This document shows, in pieces, positions 43,464 through 56,039 of a stretch of DNA of 64,000 nt; positions within the stretch are counted from its first letter, which is position 1, and every line of letters starts with the position of its first letter. The notes below the pieces were generated by a model. The model was given only the letters and a program-made list of their open reading frames with translations. It ran no database searches and was not told where the DNA came from. This DNA is from Eledone cirrhosa (taxonomy: Eukaryota), in assembly GCA_964016885.1 (NCBI GenBank), contig OZ024743.1:279806001-279870000 (forward strand), given 5' to 3'. The translations under genes were made by a program, and so were the position numbers.

Positions 43464-44068
43464 TACATATAAATATATATATATATGGGATGACAAGTTA
43501 TCGTTATAATAAAATAATCAGAGCTATATATCATAATACATGTCTATAGAATCACCAGATAAAATATATCATTTCCTCTCCCAATTAGCATAATTAACCA
43601 TATAAAAAATCGATTAGACCAAACTATAAGAATAAAGGCTTCTATGAAGAAATCTCCGACAAATAACCGGCTGCGACGGAGTATTTATCGAGTATTTCGA
43701 CAGCGTGTACAAATCGTCCAGATATACAGTCAACTAAACACGTTTAGATGTAAAATAAACTAGGAGAAAAGTGAACATATTTAGTTACCTCTACCATGGC
43801 TTCGTCCGCATTTTAAGATATCCGATAACATCGGGCATCTAGAGTACCGAACTCTTCAGGAAGTTAGCTCAAATTTAGACAATAAATTTTCCAAAGTGCT
43901 CGCGCCAAGAATACATTAAAAAATGGCTAAGAATCGTGACGTAGCAGCGGTCAGGTTAGAAAGAATGTGATTAGTTGCTTACGGCTGGTGGCCTTTTGCT
44001 AAATAGCGCAGTACAATACAGCCAAAATTGTATCTCAACCTAAGGGACATTATTACATATAAAGGTTT

Positions 44069-44290
<222 letters not shown>

Positions 44291-44377
44291 TTTGCAACGG
44301 GTCACTTTGTGGCTCAATGAAGAGTTAATAAATTATATAATCAGAGCTACATATCATAAAACATGTCTATAGAATCA

Positions 44378-44454
<77 letters not shown>

Positions 44455-44456
<2 letters not shown>

Positions 44457-44968
44457 AGCAGAGGTATCCGACAATACCCGGGTACTTTATGAAATGGTGT
44501 TGGTACATGTTAAAAAAGTATTTGGCCAACAAGATAGGGTTTTATATGTTCACTAATGTGGGATTTGTAGCCGAATTCTTTTTATCGTTTGGTCTATGCA
44601 AATTATAGAGATAAAAACAATACTTGTTTTGTACAGTGATGTTTTATTTTTTTTTTCTATACATTACTCTCTATTACAGTCAACATCTATAGTGCTTCGC
44701 CCATAGATGAATCATTACGTACGTTGACAGGCTAGGACACAAATGAATTTGGGATTGATTTATCAATTAGAATCTACGAAATTCAAACAATACAAAACAA
44801 AAAAAAACAGCTGACGGCTCTTTGAAAACCATAATTAAATTAAAATACAAAAAATTTAAGTCAGTGTTGACTCATGTATAAAGTATTACATACCCATTCC
44901 CATTTTAGCTATACGTTCATTCTTTCTACATCTCTTTCTATTTCTCTTTCTCTATATTTTCAAATTAC

Positions 44969-45059
<91 letters not shown>

Positions 45060-45200
45060 CCCCTCTCTCCCTATGTCGCTCGCTTTCCCTCTCTCTCTCT
45101 CTTTCTCTCTCTGTCTCTCTCTACAGTATAGAGAAAGATAGTTGCAAAAAGATGACCGGATCTTTCGATAGAGTATGGAAATATGTAGAATCTTCTATCT
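44455..45200 (-). mobile_element. Non-autonomous Helitron (3' end at 44455)
   Basis: Minus strand: ccgggtattgtcgg hairpin, then CTAG-T; 5' boundary uncertain. Confidence 0.5.
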
Positions 45201-45207
45201 TCTATCT

Positions 45208-46925
45208 TCTATATATATAATATATATAAAAGCGAGGATGTGTGTGTGTGTCTGTGTACAACTTTGGATACCTAAGGCTTTTACAATTACCAACCGAATT
45301 TGACCAAATTTCTGTGCACGTTGACCAGGCTGCTAAGATGGTCACATCACAAACATTTTTCAAATCGACCCACGTTGAGCAATAAAAAATCGATATCAAA
45401 TTTATCGGTAGCAAAATTGATGTAAGGGAGTTAACCAACTTTATTGACAGAAATATGAACATCATTTGAAGATAAATCACTAATATTATCGTTTGTTTCT
45501 TATTTATTCTTTGTTGCACTTTCAAAGTTAAAAAAACACTTGTTGTTTTAACTTGTTTCACGATATTATGTGTTAATTTTCGCGTTAAGGACCTAATCTC
45601 GCAGCAGTCTCGAATTGACGAGATTTTGATGATGGTTTGTTTATTTTTAGAACAATCGTTATGGGACTTTCCATTCAAACCATTGGGACCTACAACTTTT
45701 ACATTTTTAAAACTTTCATAAGCCATGTTGACACTCAGACTGGTCATGATGGATACCCACTATATCGCCGGAGAAGACCCGAAGATGGCAAGGGTTGGCA
45801 AACATGAGATTGACAACAGATGGGTTGTTCCATATAATGCACTCCTTATAAAGATTATTTATGCACACACCAATTAAATCTATAAAATACATTTGTAAGT
45901 ACATTAATAAAATCTATGATGCTGCTACGTTTGAATTATTTCGGAAAAACAGCCGAGATGAAGTGGCCCAGTACCAAACTGGAAGATACATTAGCTCTAA
46001 TGAAGCGTTCTGGCGGATTTTCAGATTTTTTATACATCAACAGCATCCTGCTCTTCAAAAACTTCAAGTGCACCTGGAGAACGGTCAGAGAGTATATTTT
46101 ACGAATGCATCAGCTGCTCAGTTAGCACAAGAACCAAAGGATACTACTCTTACCGCTTTTTTTAAACTATGCCAAGAAGATCCATTTGCTAAAACCTTAA
46201 TATATCCACAAGTCCCATCTTACTATATCTGGGACAAAAATACATGGAAACGAAGAAAAACAGGACAGCAGTGTCGAAGGTTATCCAGGCATCAAGTTCA
46301 ACGAGTGCTTGGGCAGAGTTTATACTGTGCCCCCAAACCAACACGAGTGCTTCCACCTTCGCATGCTACTACATGAGGTCAGAGGACCTAGCTGCTTTGA
46401 TGATCTCCGAACGTTAGACGGACAAGTTCTTCCAACATATACGAAGGCATGTTTAAGGCGTTGATTTTTGGAAGAACGTTCGCAGTGGGATGCAACGTAT
46501 GTGGAAGTTGTTCTTTCACATTCACCTGCCAGCCTAAGAAATTTATTTTCGGTACTTTTGCTCTCGTGCAACTTATCTGATCCTCTGTCCTTGTGGATGA
46601 AATATAGCGATGAACTAACAGACGACTACAGACACCAAGCACAATTGCTGCTTCCAGAAATAGAGGTCGGCTTTAGTAATGAATTATACAACAGAGCTCT
46701 CATTGATATTGAGGACAAGTTAGCTCTGATTGGAGGAAAGGTTTTACGTGACTACGGTTTACCAGAAACCCATCGCACAGACTAAAAAAACTTCCCACAG
46801 ATATCATACAGGAGACTTCTTATGACATCCATGATCTCGGCCTCTACGTCACAGATAATGAGCCAAAACTTCTAGTTGATCAGCGACTGGCTTATACCAC
46901 CATTACTGAAACTCTGAAAAAAACG
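45208..46925 (+). mobile_element. Helitron remnant with RepHel pseudogene (45740-46920)
   Basis: 5' TC-TATATATA..AAAA; DGYPLYRRR, DNRWVVPYN, SIKYICKYINK, RYISSNEAFWRIF, LQVHLENGQRVYF, TTLTAFFKLC; frameshifted. Confidence 0.9.
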
Positions 46926-47167
46926 CTGCGGATTCGGAAGCTTCCGATGATGTTCTCCTTTTCGTGTAGTGTTGTCGATACTCAGAGAGGAGGATTAGTC
47001 GAGTGCAAGGCCTTTCCCCACTTTAAAATAAACCTTCAGAACACTGGCATTGCTCGTTCAAGATCTGTTAAAATTTCTTGTGGCTGACCATAGCCTAAAG
47101 GTGCGCCATTTTCTGTAATATGACAAGCGATTGCAATACTCTTAGCAGAGTTTGCAGCCTTCATAAA

Positions 47168-47199
<32 letters not shown>

Positions 47200-47450
47200 C
47201 TTTTATGATATTGATATTGATATATATATAATATATATATATATTAAAGAGTTAAACAAGATTCAATGAGTACATCAAAGAATGAGTTTTAAAGCAATGT
47301 TTTTCTTACTCACACCTTCTCTATTGATTCTATTACGTTTTCGCATGTTCTCATTATTAGGGTATAAATGTTGAGTTTTCTCATAAGTTAACCACTACCT
47401 TGATTAAATCTTAACCATTTAAGATCTCAGGGTATGTCATGTATCATTTT

Positions 47451-47503
47451 ATTTTATTTGATGAGGACGTACTGTTGTACCTCTGAAATATGTATAATAA
47501 AAT
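47451..47503 (+). ncRNA. Hammerhead with C3U core, in a separate pLTR remnant (~47245-47550)
   Basis: ATTTTAT-TTGATGA-ggacGTAC tgtt GTACctct-GAAA-tatgta-TA^ATAAAAT. Confidence 0.65.
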
Positions 47504-47600
47504 TTAATTGACCACAAGAACATCTATTTTATTAATATTTGTATTTTAATATATATATACAATATTAAATAAATGGAAACTATATTTATAAAACCATATT

Positions 47601-47666
47601 TATTTCATTATATATATTTCAGGGATAACATATTAACAATATGCTATGCCTTCCTCAGACAAAATA
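47601..47666 (-). ncRNA. Type I hammerhead, 3' pLTR of the minus-strand unit
   Basis: Reverse complement of 55322-55387. Confidence 0.9.
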
Positions 47667-48989
47667 CAATATAAACAGTTTTATAGATAAATAGATTCGA
47701 CATACCGTAACAACATCTCCATGGGAAGGTTGATTTGGTTGTGACAAAATTGTACACAGAGAGAAAGAAAGAGAGAGAGAGAAAGAGAGAAAAAGAGAAA
47801 AAGATAGAAAAAAGGAAAGAAAGACAGAAAACGAAGAAAAAGAAAAAGAAGAAATGCATGGAACAAAATAGAGAGATGGAAAGATAGATAAAGAGAAGAA
47901 ACTTCATGTAAAGAAACAGAGAGAGATATATATATATAGAGAGAGAGGAAATAGAGATAGATACATATATAAAAACTGTTGAATAACGTATCAATGATAC
48001 ATTTATTTATTTATTTATTTATTTAGCTCTAGTATTAATGTAAGGGAGATATATGGAGGGAAAACCAGCTGTTATATAGGGAGAGAAAAAATATAGAGAG
48101 AGAAAAAAAGAGAGAGAGAAAATTCAAAAATATCCAGACACAGGCGAGGCGTACAAACCTCTGTTTTAATGTAGAGGTACTAGTATTTACAAAACCAGCC
48201 TCTGCATTGCAAATATCAGTATTCCTGAATGAGATATGTATCCACAATGTGTGAAAATTAATGATCTTATGTTTAGTTTTTAAAAAAATTCATATGTTTA
48301 TGTGAATGTACATGATCAATTCTGCAAACCCTGAGTTCACGGAAAGTATTCTCAATGTGGTATAAAAATTTAAGTATACATATATGTGTATATAGAGTCA
48401 AAATTACTATTTCCGTCTCTACTCTACAAGATTAGCTATCAAGCAAAGATAGAGCAGATTTCAACATACTAATAAAAATAAAAATATATCGGAAACAAAA
48501 CTAAACTAAAAATAACAATAATAATAATAAGTAATAATAAAATAGAAAACTAAGAAATATTACGAAAGAATATTACATATTAAAAATATTACATATTAAA
48601 AATTTACATATTAAAAATATTAAAAAATAAAAATTAGGAAATACTACAGTAATAAAAATAAAATAAACCACAAAGATCAACCCTTCAAAATTAATTGACA
48701 ATATATTGCCAAGTTCATTATAAACATCAGAGTCGAAAAACAGATAAAGCCAAAAATTATCTATCAAATCGCAGCCCAATTTGGTCTACATGTGTTCTTA
48801 TATTTAATATAGAAGTTTATCTAGTGTAACGTTTATTCGAAATATTTGGAGCATCAACTTTTAGGATAGCTTAATTTTCCATGAACAATGTTTAAATAAA
48901 TAAAATAAAAATAAAAATAAAAAGAGTAAAAAGAGAATCAAAGATTTATCGGCTAGTTTCCCATATAATTATAAATCAAACTAAATATA

Positions 48990-51233
48990 CTACATTTTAA
49001 ATTTAAATTTATACTTAAACGTTGAGTTTAATCTATGTTTGCAACAACTGAATAAATTTGTCCGTAGATTAAGGGAATTTTTAGATTTTAGTATAAAGAA
49101 TATCTCCTCTGCGCAGAGGTCACATGTCTCAGAGGATGAATTAAAAGGAATCCCTCTTGAGACTATATTCCAAGCCGTCGAATATCTAACGTTATCTAGC
49201 TTAAGTTGCCATAGTACGCCTGATAGTGCCGTTGAAGATTTTTTACTTGGATCTGTGAAAGAATTCTTGTGGTTATTATAGCGAAGTTTAAATTCCGTCG
49301 ATGTGGAACCGACGTAGTTAAAAGAATTAGAGTCAGTATTAACATTACAATTGTATACTATATTTTTAACTAAGCAGTTGTTATTTAACGGACATTTAGA
49401 TCTATCTCTACAGTTACATTTGTTAACTTGTATATTATTTATGCTGTTATCACTAGGTTTTAAGTTCTTATTATTTATTCTATTGATATTTTGTGCTAAA
49501 TTTTTGGTGGATGAGTAGGTTAATTTAATTGTATGTCTATTGAAAATTGAGTGATATCTATGTGTTCTAGGGAAGCGATTATCAAGAGCTTTAAAAAATA
49601 GTTTAGCGATGTGGGTTTTAATGTTTAGTGAGAAAGGGGGGGCAAACCAAATTATGTTCCTAGTTCTATTTCTTTTTTGGCCTTTGGAATTATTGTAATG
49701 CTTTCTATTATAGTTGTTAAGGATGTTGCCGTAATTAAAAAAGTTGTTACTTTGTTTAGTTTGTCTATCATTATCTATGTACACAATCTTATCAGCATAT
49801 CCTGCTCTAGCTAATGCTTCATTGTAGTATTGGGCTTTTTCGTCGAAAATCTTTCTATTCGACGAGATCCTAGAGATACGTTTTTGGACAGAGTTTACTA
49901 TAGTGTTTTTGACAGATCTGGGGTGGTTAGAGTTAAAGTTTACATAGTTTAAGTTTTCATTCAACTTGTGAAAAGGATAGTGAAGACATGTGTTGAGATT
50001 TAATGTTATATCTAGGAAATTGACTATTCTATGGTTGTTTTCAATTTCTATTTTAAGATTAAAGTAATTAAAAAATTGTGTAATTTGTTTACATTTTCTA
50101 TTTAGTTCAGAGTTATTATTATCAATAAGTAAAAGCATGTCGTCTCTATATAAACCTCCAGTAGTACCGGGTATTTTCCTATGTAGCGAATTGATTAAAA
50201 ATAAACCCACAAGGTCAGTTACCTGGGCTGAGTCGGATGATCCCATAGTAATGTCAAAATTGCTATCTCTATCTGCTCTGGTCCATAGTTGGTCATTAAA
50301 TTCTATCAAAGTTTTCCTAGCCGATAATATAATATGCATTTCATTGCTAGTTAGGTCAGTATGTTTGAATGCGTAATTTAGTGCCTTATTTAGTAGATTA
50401 GGGGTAATAGAAGAATAATAGTTAGCTATATCAAGTTGAATAAACTTATTATTATTGTTATATTTAATTTGCTTAAACCACTCAACGACTTCTCCAGTTC
50501 CCTTCCACAAGCTCAGGTTAGATAAACAATCCAAGTTCTTAATTTGCCGTATCACCCTGTCAAGAATGTTTTTGCTTAATTTGCCCAGGTCCGATTTTGA
50601 TGGTGCGATCAATCTAACTGGCAGGTCATTTTCAAAATTCCGCTTGTGATCTTTCATATTGATCTTCGGTTTCCTGGGCACGAAAGGTTGTGTTCTGTTC
50701 TCAATTTCCAACTCGTGCATTATACAAGATGCTTCAACATTCATTTTCTCAAGCTCGGCCTTATCTGCTACCTTGTACTTTTTCCTCAGCTCTTTCAGTA
50801 TGAGGCCATTATACATGTCTTTCTGCACTCCATAGAGGTTGTTGGTCTTGTCAGATTTCACCAAGATCTTCTCAGTTTTCTCTAAGCTCTCAATGTTATC
50901 CTTAATGCCTTTCAGATATCCCTGGCCTTTGAAGTTTCTCTTGAATTTGACCCCTTGTATGATAGAAATTATATCGTTTTCAAAGTCAGATAAAAGTTTG
51001 TTAGGGGGTGGATTTCTTTTAGATTTGAAAACTTTGTATAAGTCCGAGACATTTTCGTTTGTATTAGATTTATCAAAGTGGAATGCTCGCCACCTGATTC
51101 TCCTTATAAAAGAGTCAGATTTATCTATTAATTGTTTTATAAAGTCTTTGTTTCTAGGTAGAGGTATGTCTTTTAAAGAGGAAGTAATCTTAAAGAATTC
51201 CATTTTCCAGTTATAATATAAAGCGCTCAACAA
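48990..51233 (-). CDS. Penelope-like (Naiad-type) RT-GIY-YIG endonuclease polyprotein; first ATG at 51203 (~737 aa)
   Basis: SLKDIPLP N-terminus; KSDKTNN; PVRLI; QLDIANYYSSI; ITMGSSDSAQVTDLVG; GLYRDD; NFLDITL; CNCxxxxxCPLxxxC linker; IVYNC..YVGST..RYNNH; CDLCAEE..LNLR..CKH; uninterrupted. Confidence 0.95.
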   Translation of the reverse strand: MLSALYYNWKMEFFKITSSLKDIPLPRNKDFIKQLIDKSDSFIRRIRWRAFHFDKSNTNENVSDLYKVFKSKRNPPPNKLLSDFENDIISIIQGVKFKRNFKGQGYLKGIKDNIESLEKTEKILVKSDKTNNLYGVQKDMYNGLILKELRKKYKVADKAELEKMNVEASCIMHELEIENRTQPFVPRKPKINMKDHKRNFENDLPVRLIAPSKSDLGKLSKNILDRVIRQIKNLDCLSNLSLWKGTGEVVEWFKQIKYNNNNKFIQLDIANYYSSITPNLLNKALNYAFKHTDLTSNEMHIILSARKTLIEFNDQLWTRADRDSNFDITMGSSDSAQVTDLVGLFLINSLHRKIPGTTGGLYRDDMLLLIDNNNSELNRKCKQITQFFNYFNLKIEIENNHRIVNFLDITLNLNTCLHYPFHKLNENLNYVNFNSNHPRSVKNTIVNSVQKRISRISSNRKIFDEKAQYYNEALARAGYADKIVYIDNDRQTKQSNNFFNYGNILNNYNRKHYNNSKGQKRNRTRNIIWFAPPFSLNIKTHIAKLFFKALDNRFPRTHRYHSIFNRHTIKLTYSSTKNLAQNINRINNKNLKPSDNSINNIQVNKCNCRDRSKCPLNNNCLVKNIVYNCNVNTDSNSFNYVGSTSTEFKLRYNNHKNSFTDPSKKSSTALSGVLWQLKLDNVRYSTAWNIVSRGIPFNSSSETCDLCAEEIFFILKSKNSLNLRTNLFSCCKHRLNSTFKYKFKFKM

Positions 51234-51380
51234 TATTGGAGCAAGATATATGGAAAGTTATATTTAAATTGTTGTGTTACAACTAGTAAATATTTATAAC
51301 TGATATAAAAGCACTCGACAAATATTTGGAGTATATTTACAATATTAAATAAATGGAAACTATATTTATAAAACCATATT

Positions 51381-51446
51381 TATTTCATTATATATATTTC
51401 AGGGATAACATATTAACAATATGCTATGCCTTCCTCAGACAAAATA
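51381..51446 (-). ncRNA. Type I hammerhead, 5' pLTR; predicted cleavage ~185 nt upstream of the ATG
   Basis: Identical to 47601-47666, offset 3780 nt. Confidence 0.9.
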
Positions 51447-52027
51447 CAATATAAACAGTTTTATAGATAAATAGATTCGACATACCGTAACAACATCTCC
51501 ATGGGAAGGTTGATTTGGTTGTGACAAAATTGTACACAGAGAGAAAGAAAGAGAGAGAGAGAAAGAGAGAAAAAGAGAAAAAGATAGAAAAAAGGAAAGA
51601 AAGACAGAAAACGAAGAAAAAGAAAAAGAAGAAATGCATGGAACAAAATAGAGAGATGGAAAGATAGATAAAGAGAAGAAACTTCATGTAAAGAAACAGA
51701 GAGAGATATATATAGAGAGAGAGAGAGAGGAAATAGAGATAGATACATATATAAAAACTGTTGAATAACGTATCAATGATACATTTATTTATTTATTTAT
51801 TTATTTATTTAGCTCTAGTATTAATGTAAGGGAGATATATGGAGGGAAAACCAGCTGTTATATAGGGAGAGAAAAAATATAGAGAGAGAATCAGGTGGCG
51901 AGCATTCCACTTTGATAAATCTAATACAAACGAAAATGTCTCGGACTTAAACAAAGTTTTCAAATCTAAAAGAAATCCACCCCCTAACAAACTTTTATCT
52001 GACTTTGAAAACGATATAATTTCTATC

Positions 52028-53998
52028 ATGCAAGGGGTCAAATTCAAGAGAAACTTCAAAGGCCAGGAATATCTGAAAGGCATTAAGGATAACATTGAGA
52101 GCTTAGAGAAAACTGAGAAGATCTTGGTGAAATCTGACAAGACCAACAACCTCTATGGAGTGCAGAAAGACATGTATAATGGCCTCATACTGAAAGAGCT
52201 GAGGAAAAAGTACAAGGTAGCAGATAAGGCCGAGCTTGAGAAAATGAATGTTGAAGCATCTTGTATAATGCACGAGTTGGAAATTGAGAACAGAACACAA
52301 CCTTTCGTGCCCAGGAAACCGAAGATCAATATGAAAGATCACAAGCGGAATTTTGAAAATGACCTGCCAGTTAGATTGATCGCACCATCAAAATCGGACC
52401 TGGGCAAATTTAGCAAAAACATTCTTGACAGGGTGATACGGCAAATTAAGAACTTGGATTGTTTATCTAACCTGAGCTTGTGGAAGGGAACTGGAGAAGT
52501 CGTTGAGTGGTTTAAGCAAATTAAATATAACAATAATAATAAGTTTATTCAACTTGATATAGCTAACTATTATTCTTCTATTACCCCTAATCTACTAAAT
52601 AAGGCACTAAATTACGCATTCAAACATACTGACCTAACTAGCAATGAAATGCATATTATATTATCGGCTAGGAAAACTTTGATAGAATTTAATGACCAAC
52701 TATGGACCAGAGCAGATAGAGATAGCAATTTTGACATTACTATGGGATCATCCGACTCAGCCCAGGTAACTGACCTTGTGGGTTTATTTTTAATCAATTC
52801 GCTACATAGGAAAATACCCGGTACTACTGGAGGTTTATATAGAGACGACATGCTTTTACTTATTGATAATAATAACTCTGAACTAAATAGAAAATGTAAA
52901 CAAATTACACAATTTTTTAATTACTTTAATCTTAAAATAGAAATTGAAAACAACCATAGAATAGTCAATTTCCTAGATATAACATTAAATCTCAACACAT
53001 GTCTTCACTATCCTTTTCACAAGTTGAATGAAAACTTAAACTATGTAAACTTTAACTCTAACCACCCCAGATCTGTCAAAAACACTATAGTAAACTCTGT
53101 CCAAAAACGTATCTCTAGGATCTCGTCGAATAGAAAGATTTTCGACGAAAAAGCCCAATACTACAATGAAGCATTAGCTAGAGCAGGATATGCTGATAAG
53201 ATTGTGTACATAGATAATGATAGACAAACTAAACAAAGTAACAACTTTTTTAATTACGGCAACATCCTTAACAACTATAATAGAAAGCATTACAATAATT
53301 CCAAAGGCCAAAAAAGAAATAGAACTAGGAACATAATTTGGTTTGCCCCCCCTTTCTCACTAAACATTAAAACCCACATCGCTAAACTATTTTTTAAAGC
53401 TCTTGATAATCGCTTCCCTAGAACACATAGATATCACTCAATTTTCAATAGACATACAATTAAATTAACCTACTCATCCACCAAAAATTTAGCACAAAAT
53501 ATCAATAGAATAAATAATAAGAACTTAAAACCTAGTGATAACAGCATAAATAATATACAAGTTAACAAATGTAACTGTAGAGATAGATCTAAATGTCCGT
53601 TAAATAACAACTGCTTAGTTAAAAATATAGTATACAATTGTAATGTTAATACTGACTCTAATTCTTTTAACTACGTCGGTTCCACATCGACGGAATTTAA
53701 ACTTCGCTATAATAACCACAAGAATTCTTTCACAGATCCAAGTAAAAAATCTTCAACGGCACTATCAGGCGTACTATGGCAACTTAAGCTAGATAACGTT
53801 AGATATTCGACGGCTTGGAATATAGTCTCAAGAGGGATTCCTTTTAATTCATCCTCTGAGACATGTGACCTCTGCGCAGAGGAGATATTCTTTATACTAA
53901 AATCTAAAAATTCCCTTAATCTACGGACAAATTTATTCAGTTGTTGCAAACATAGATTAAACTCAACGTTTAAGTATAAATTTAAATTTAAAATGTAG
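52028..53998 (+). CDS. 5'-truncated second copy of the PLE RT-GIY-YIG ORF (656 aa from an ATG that is ATA in the other arm)
   Basis: Near-identical to the minus-strand ORF (I>M, G>E, L>F differences); lacks the N-terminus. Confidence 0.8.
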   Translation: MQGVKFKRNFKGQEYLKGIKDNIESLEKTEKILVKSDKTNNLYGVQKDMYNGLILKELRKKYKVADKAELEKMNVEASCIMHELEIENRTQPFVPRKPKINMKDHKRNFENDLPVRLIAPSKSDLGKFSKNILDRVIRQIKNLDCLSNLSLWKGTGEVVEWFKQIKYNNNNKFIQLDIANYYSSITPNLLNKALNYAFKHTDLTSNEMHIILSARKTLIEFNDQLWTRADRDSNFDITMGSSDSAQVTDLVGLFLINSLHRKIPGTTGGLYRDDMLLLIDNNNSELNRKCKQITQFFNYFNLKIEIENNHRIVNFLDITLNLNTCLHYPFHKLNENLNYVNFNSNHPRSVKNTIVNSVQKRISRISSNRKIFDEKAQYYNEALARAGYADKIVYIDNDRQTKQSNNFFNYGNILNNYNRKHYNNSKGQKRNRTRNIIWFAPPFSLNIKTHIAKLFFKALDNRFPRTHRYHSIFNRHTIKLTYSSTKNLAQNINRINNKNLKPSDNSINNIQVNKCNCRDRSKCPLNNNCLVKNIVYNCNVNTDSNSFNYVGSTSTEFKLRYNNHKNSFTDPSKKSSTALSGVLWQLKLDNVRYSTAWNIVSRGIPFNSSSETCDLCAEEIFFILKSKNSLNLRTNLFSCCKHRLNSTFKYKFKFKM

Positions 53999-55321
53999 TA
54001 TATTTAGTTTGATTTATAATTATATGGGAAACTAGCCGATAAATCTTTGATTCTCTTTTTACTCTTTTTATTTTTATTTTTATTTTATTTATTTAAACAT
54101 TGTTCATGGAAAATTAAGCTATCCTAAAAGTTGATGCTCCAAATATTTCGAATAAACGTTACACTAGATAAACTTCTATATTAAATATAAGAACACATGT
54201 AGACCAAATTGGGCTGCGATTTGATAGATAATTTTTGGCTTTATCTGTTTTTCGACTCTGATGTTTATAATGAACTTGGCAATATATTGTCAATTAATTT
54301 TGAAGGGTTGATCTTTGTGGTTTATTTTATTTTTATTACTGTAGTATTTCCTAATTTTTATTTTTTAATATTTTTAATATGTAAATTTTTAATATGTAAT
54401 ATTTTTAATATGTAATATTCTTTCGTAATATTTCTTAGTTTTCTATTTTATTATTACTTATTATTATTATTGTTATTTTTAGTTTAGTTTTGTTTCCGAT
54501 ATATTTTTATTTTTATTAGTATGTTGAAATCTGCTATATCTTTGCTTGATTGATAATCTTGTAGAGTAGAGACGGAAATAGTAATTTTGACTCTATATAC
54601 ACATATATGTATACTTAAATTTTTATACCACATTGAGAATACTTTCCGTGAACTCAGGGTTTGCAGAATTGATCATGTACATTCACATAAACATATGAAT
54701 TTTTTTAAAAACTAAACATAAGATCATTAATTTTCACACATTGTGGATACATATCTCATTCAGGAATACTGATATTTGCAATGCAGAGGCTGGTTTTGTA
54801 AATACTAGTACCTCTACATTAAAACAGAGGTTTGTACGCCTCGCCTGTGTCTGGATATTTTTGAATTTTCTCTCTCTCTTTTTTTCTCTCTCTATATTTT
54901 TTCTCTCCCTATATAACAGCTGGTTTTCCCTCCATATATCTCCCTTACATTAATACTAGAGCTAAATAAATAAATAAATAAATAAATGTATCATTGATAC
55001 GTTATTCAACAGTTTTTATATATGTATCTATCTCTATTTCCTCTCTCTCTATATATATATATCTCTCTCTGTTTCTTTACATGAAGTTTCTTCTCTTTAT
55101 CTATCTTTCCATCTCTCTATTTTGTTCCATGCATTTCTTCTTTTTCTTTTTCTTCGTTTTCTGTCTTTCTTTCCTTTTTTCTATCTTTTTCTCTTTTTCT
55201 CTCTTTCTCTCTCTCTCTTTCTTTCTCTCTGTGTACAATTTTGTCACAACCAAATCAACCTTCCCATGGAGATGTTGTTACGGTATGTCGAATCTATTTA
55301 TCTATAAAACTGTTTATATTG

Positions 55322-55387
55322 TATTTTGTCTGAGGAAGGCATAGCATATTGTTAATATGTTATCCCTGAAATATATATAATGAAATA
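55322..55387 (+). ncRNA. Type I hammerhead, 3' pLTR of the plus-strand copy
   Basis: TATTTTGT-CTGAGGA-AGG c ATAGCATATT gtt AATATGTTAT c CCT-GAAA-TATATA-TA^ATGAAATA. Confidence 0.9.
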
Positions 55388-55514
55388 AATATGGTTTTAT
55401 AAATATAGTTTCCATTTATTTAATATTGTAAATATACTCCAAATATTTGTCGAGTGCTTTTATATCAGTTATAAATATTTACTAGTTGTAACACAACAAT
55501 TTAAATATAACTTT

Positions 55515-55582
<68 letters not shown>

Positions 55583-55587
55583 ATACT

Positions 55588-55643
55588 TGTGAATAGTGCA
55601 GTTTTAAATCAACATATGTTGATTTAAAACTGCACTATTCACA
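55588..55643. repeat. Perfect 56-bp palindrome at the 5' end of a pLTR fragment (~55580-55876)
   Basis: tgtgaatagtgcagttttaaatcaacat|atgttgatttaaaactgcactattcaca. Confidence 0.9.
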
Positions 55644-55674
55644 TGTGTGTTTTAACCTTCATATCATGTCTCCC

Positions 55675-55745
55675 TATTTTATCTGACGAAAATGCAAATG
55701 TTATTGCATGATGATATTTGTTTTTGAAATGCGCATAATAAAATA
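55675..55745 (+). ncRNA. Type I hammerhead
   Basis: TATTTTAT-CTGACGA-aaatGCAAATGTTAT tgcatg ATGATATTTGTtttt-GAAA-TGCGCA-TA^ATAAAATA; TCGAGTGCT at 55812. Confidence 0.9.
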
Positions 55746-55876
55746 CATGGAACTCTTTTAACCATCTTTTGATCTTATATATTATTATTTATACTCCAGT
55801 CCTACAAACTGTCGAGTGCTACTTATCCGATATCTTCATTGCTTTATTGTACTACAATAAAATTTACCTCCTACTT

Positions 55877-55986
<110 letters not shown>

Positions 55987-56039
55987 TATATATATATATA
56001 TAGTTTGTTGTTTGATGCATGGCGGAGAGTGTAGCAAAT

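Larger units (their letters stand above)
47558..55520. mobile_element. Naiad-type Penelope-like element as a giant inverted duplication: full minus-strand unit (pLTR-ORF-pLTR) plus a 5'-truncated plus-strand copy
   Basis: Arms 47558-51102 and 51886-55430 mirror each other (coordinate sum 102988); direct pLTR repeat offset 3780; GAGAA junction microhomology; (TA)n on both sides. Confidence 0.95.

Noticed and set aside
53999-54320. SECIS in the intact Naiad
   Set aside because: The ORF has no in-frame TGA and no canonical AUGA-AA-GA hairpin was seen
49039-55344. Small antisense and UTR ORFs duplicated in the palindrome
   Set aside because: Shadow frames or low-complexity translations duplicated passively
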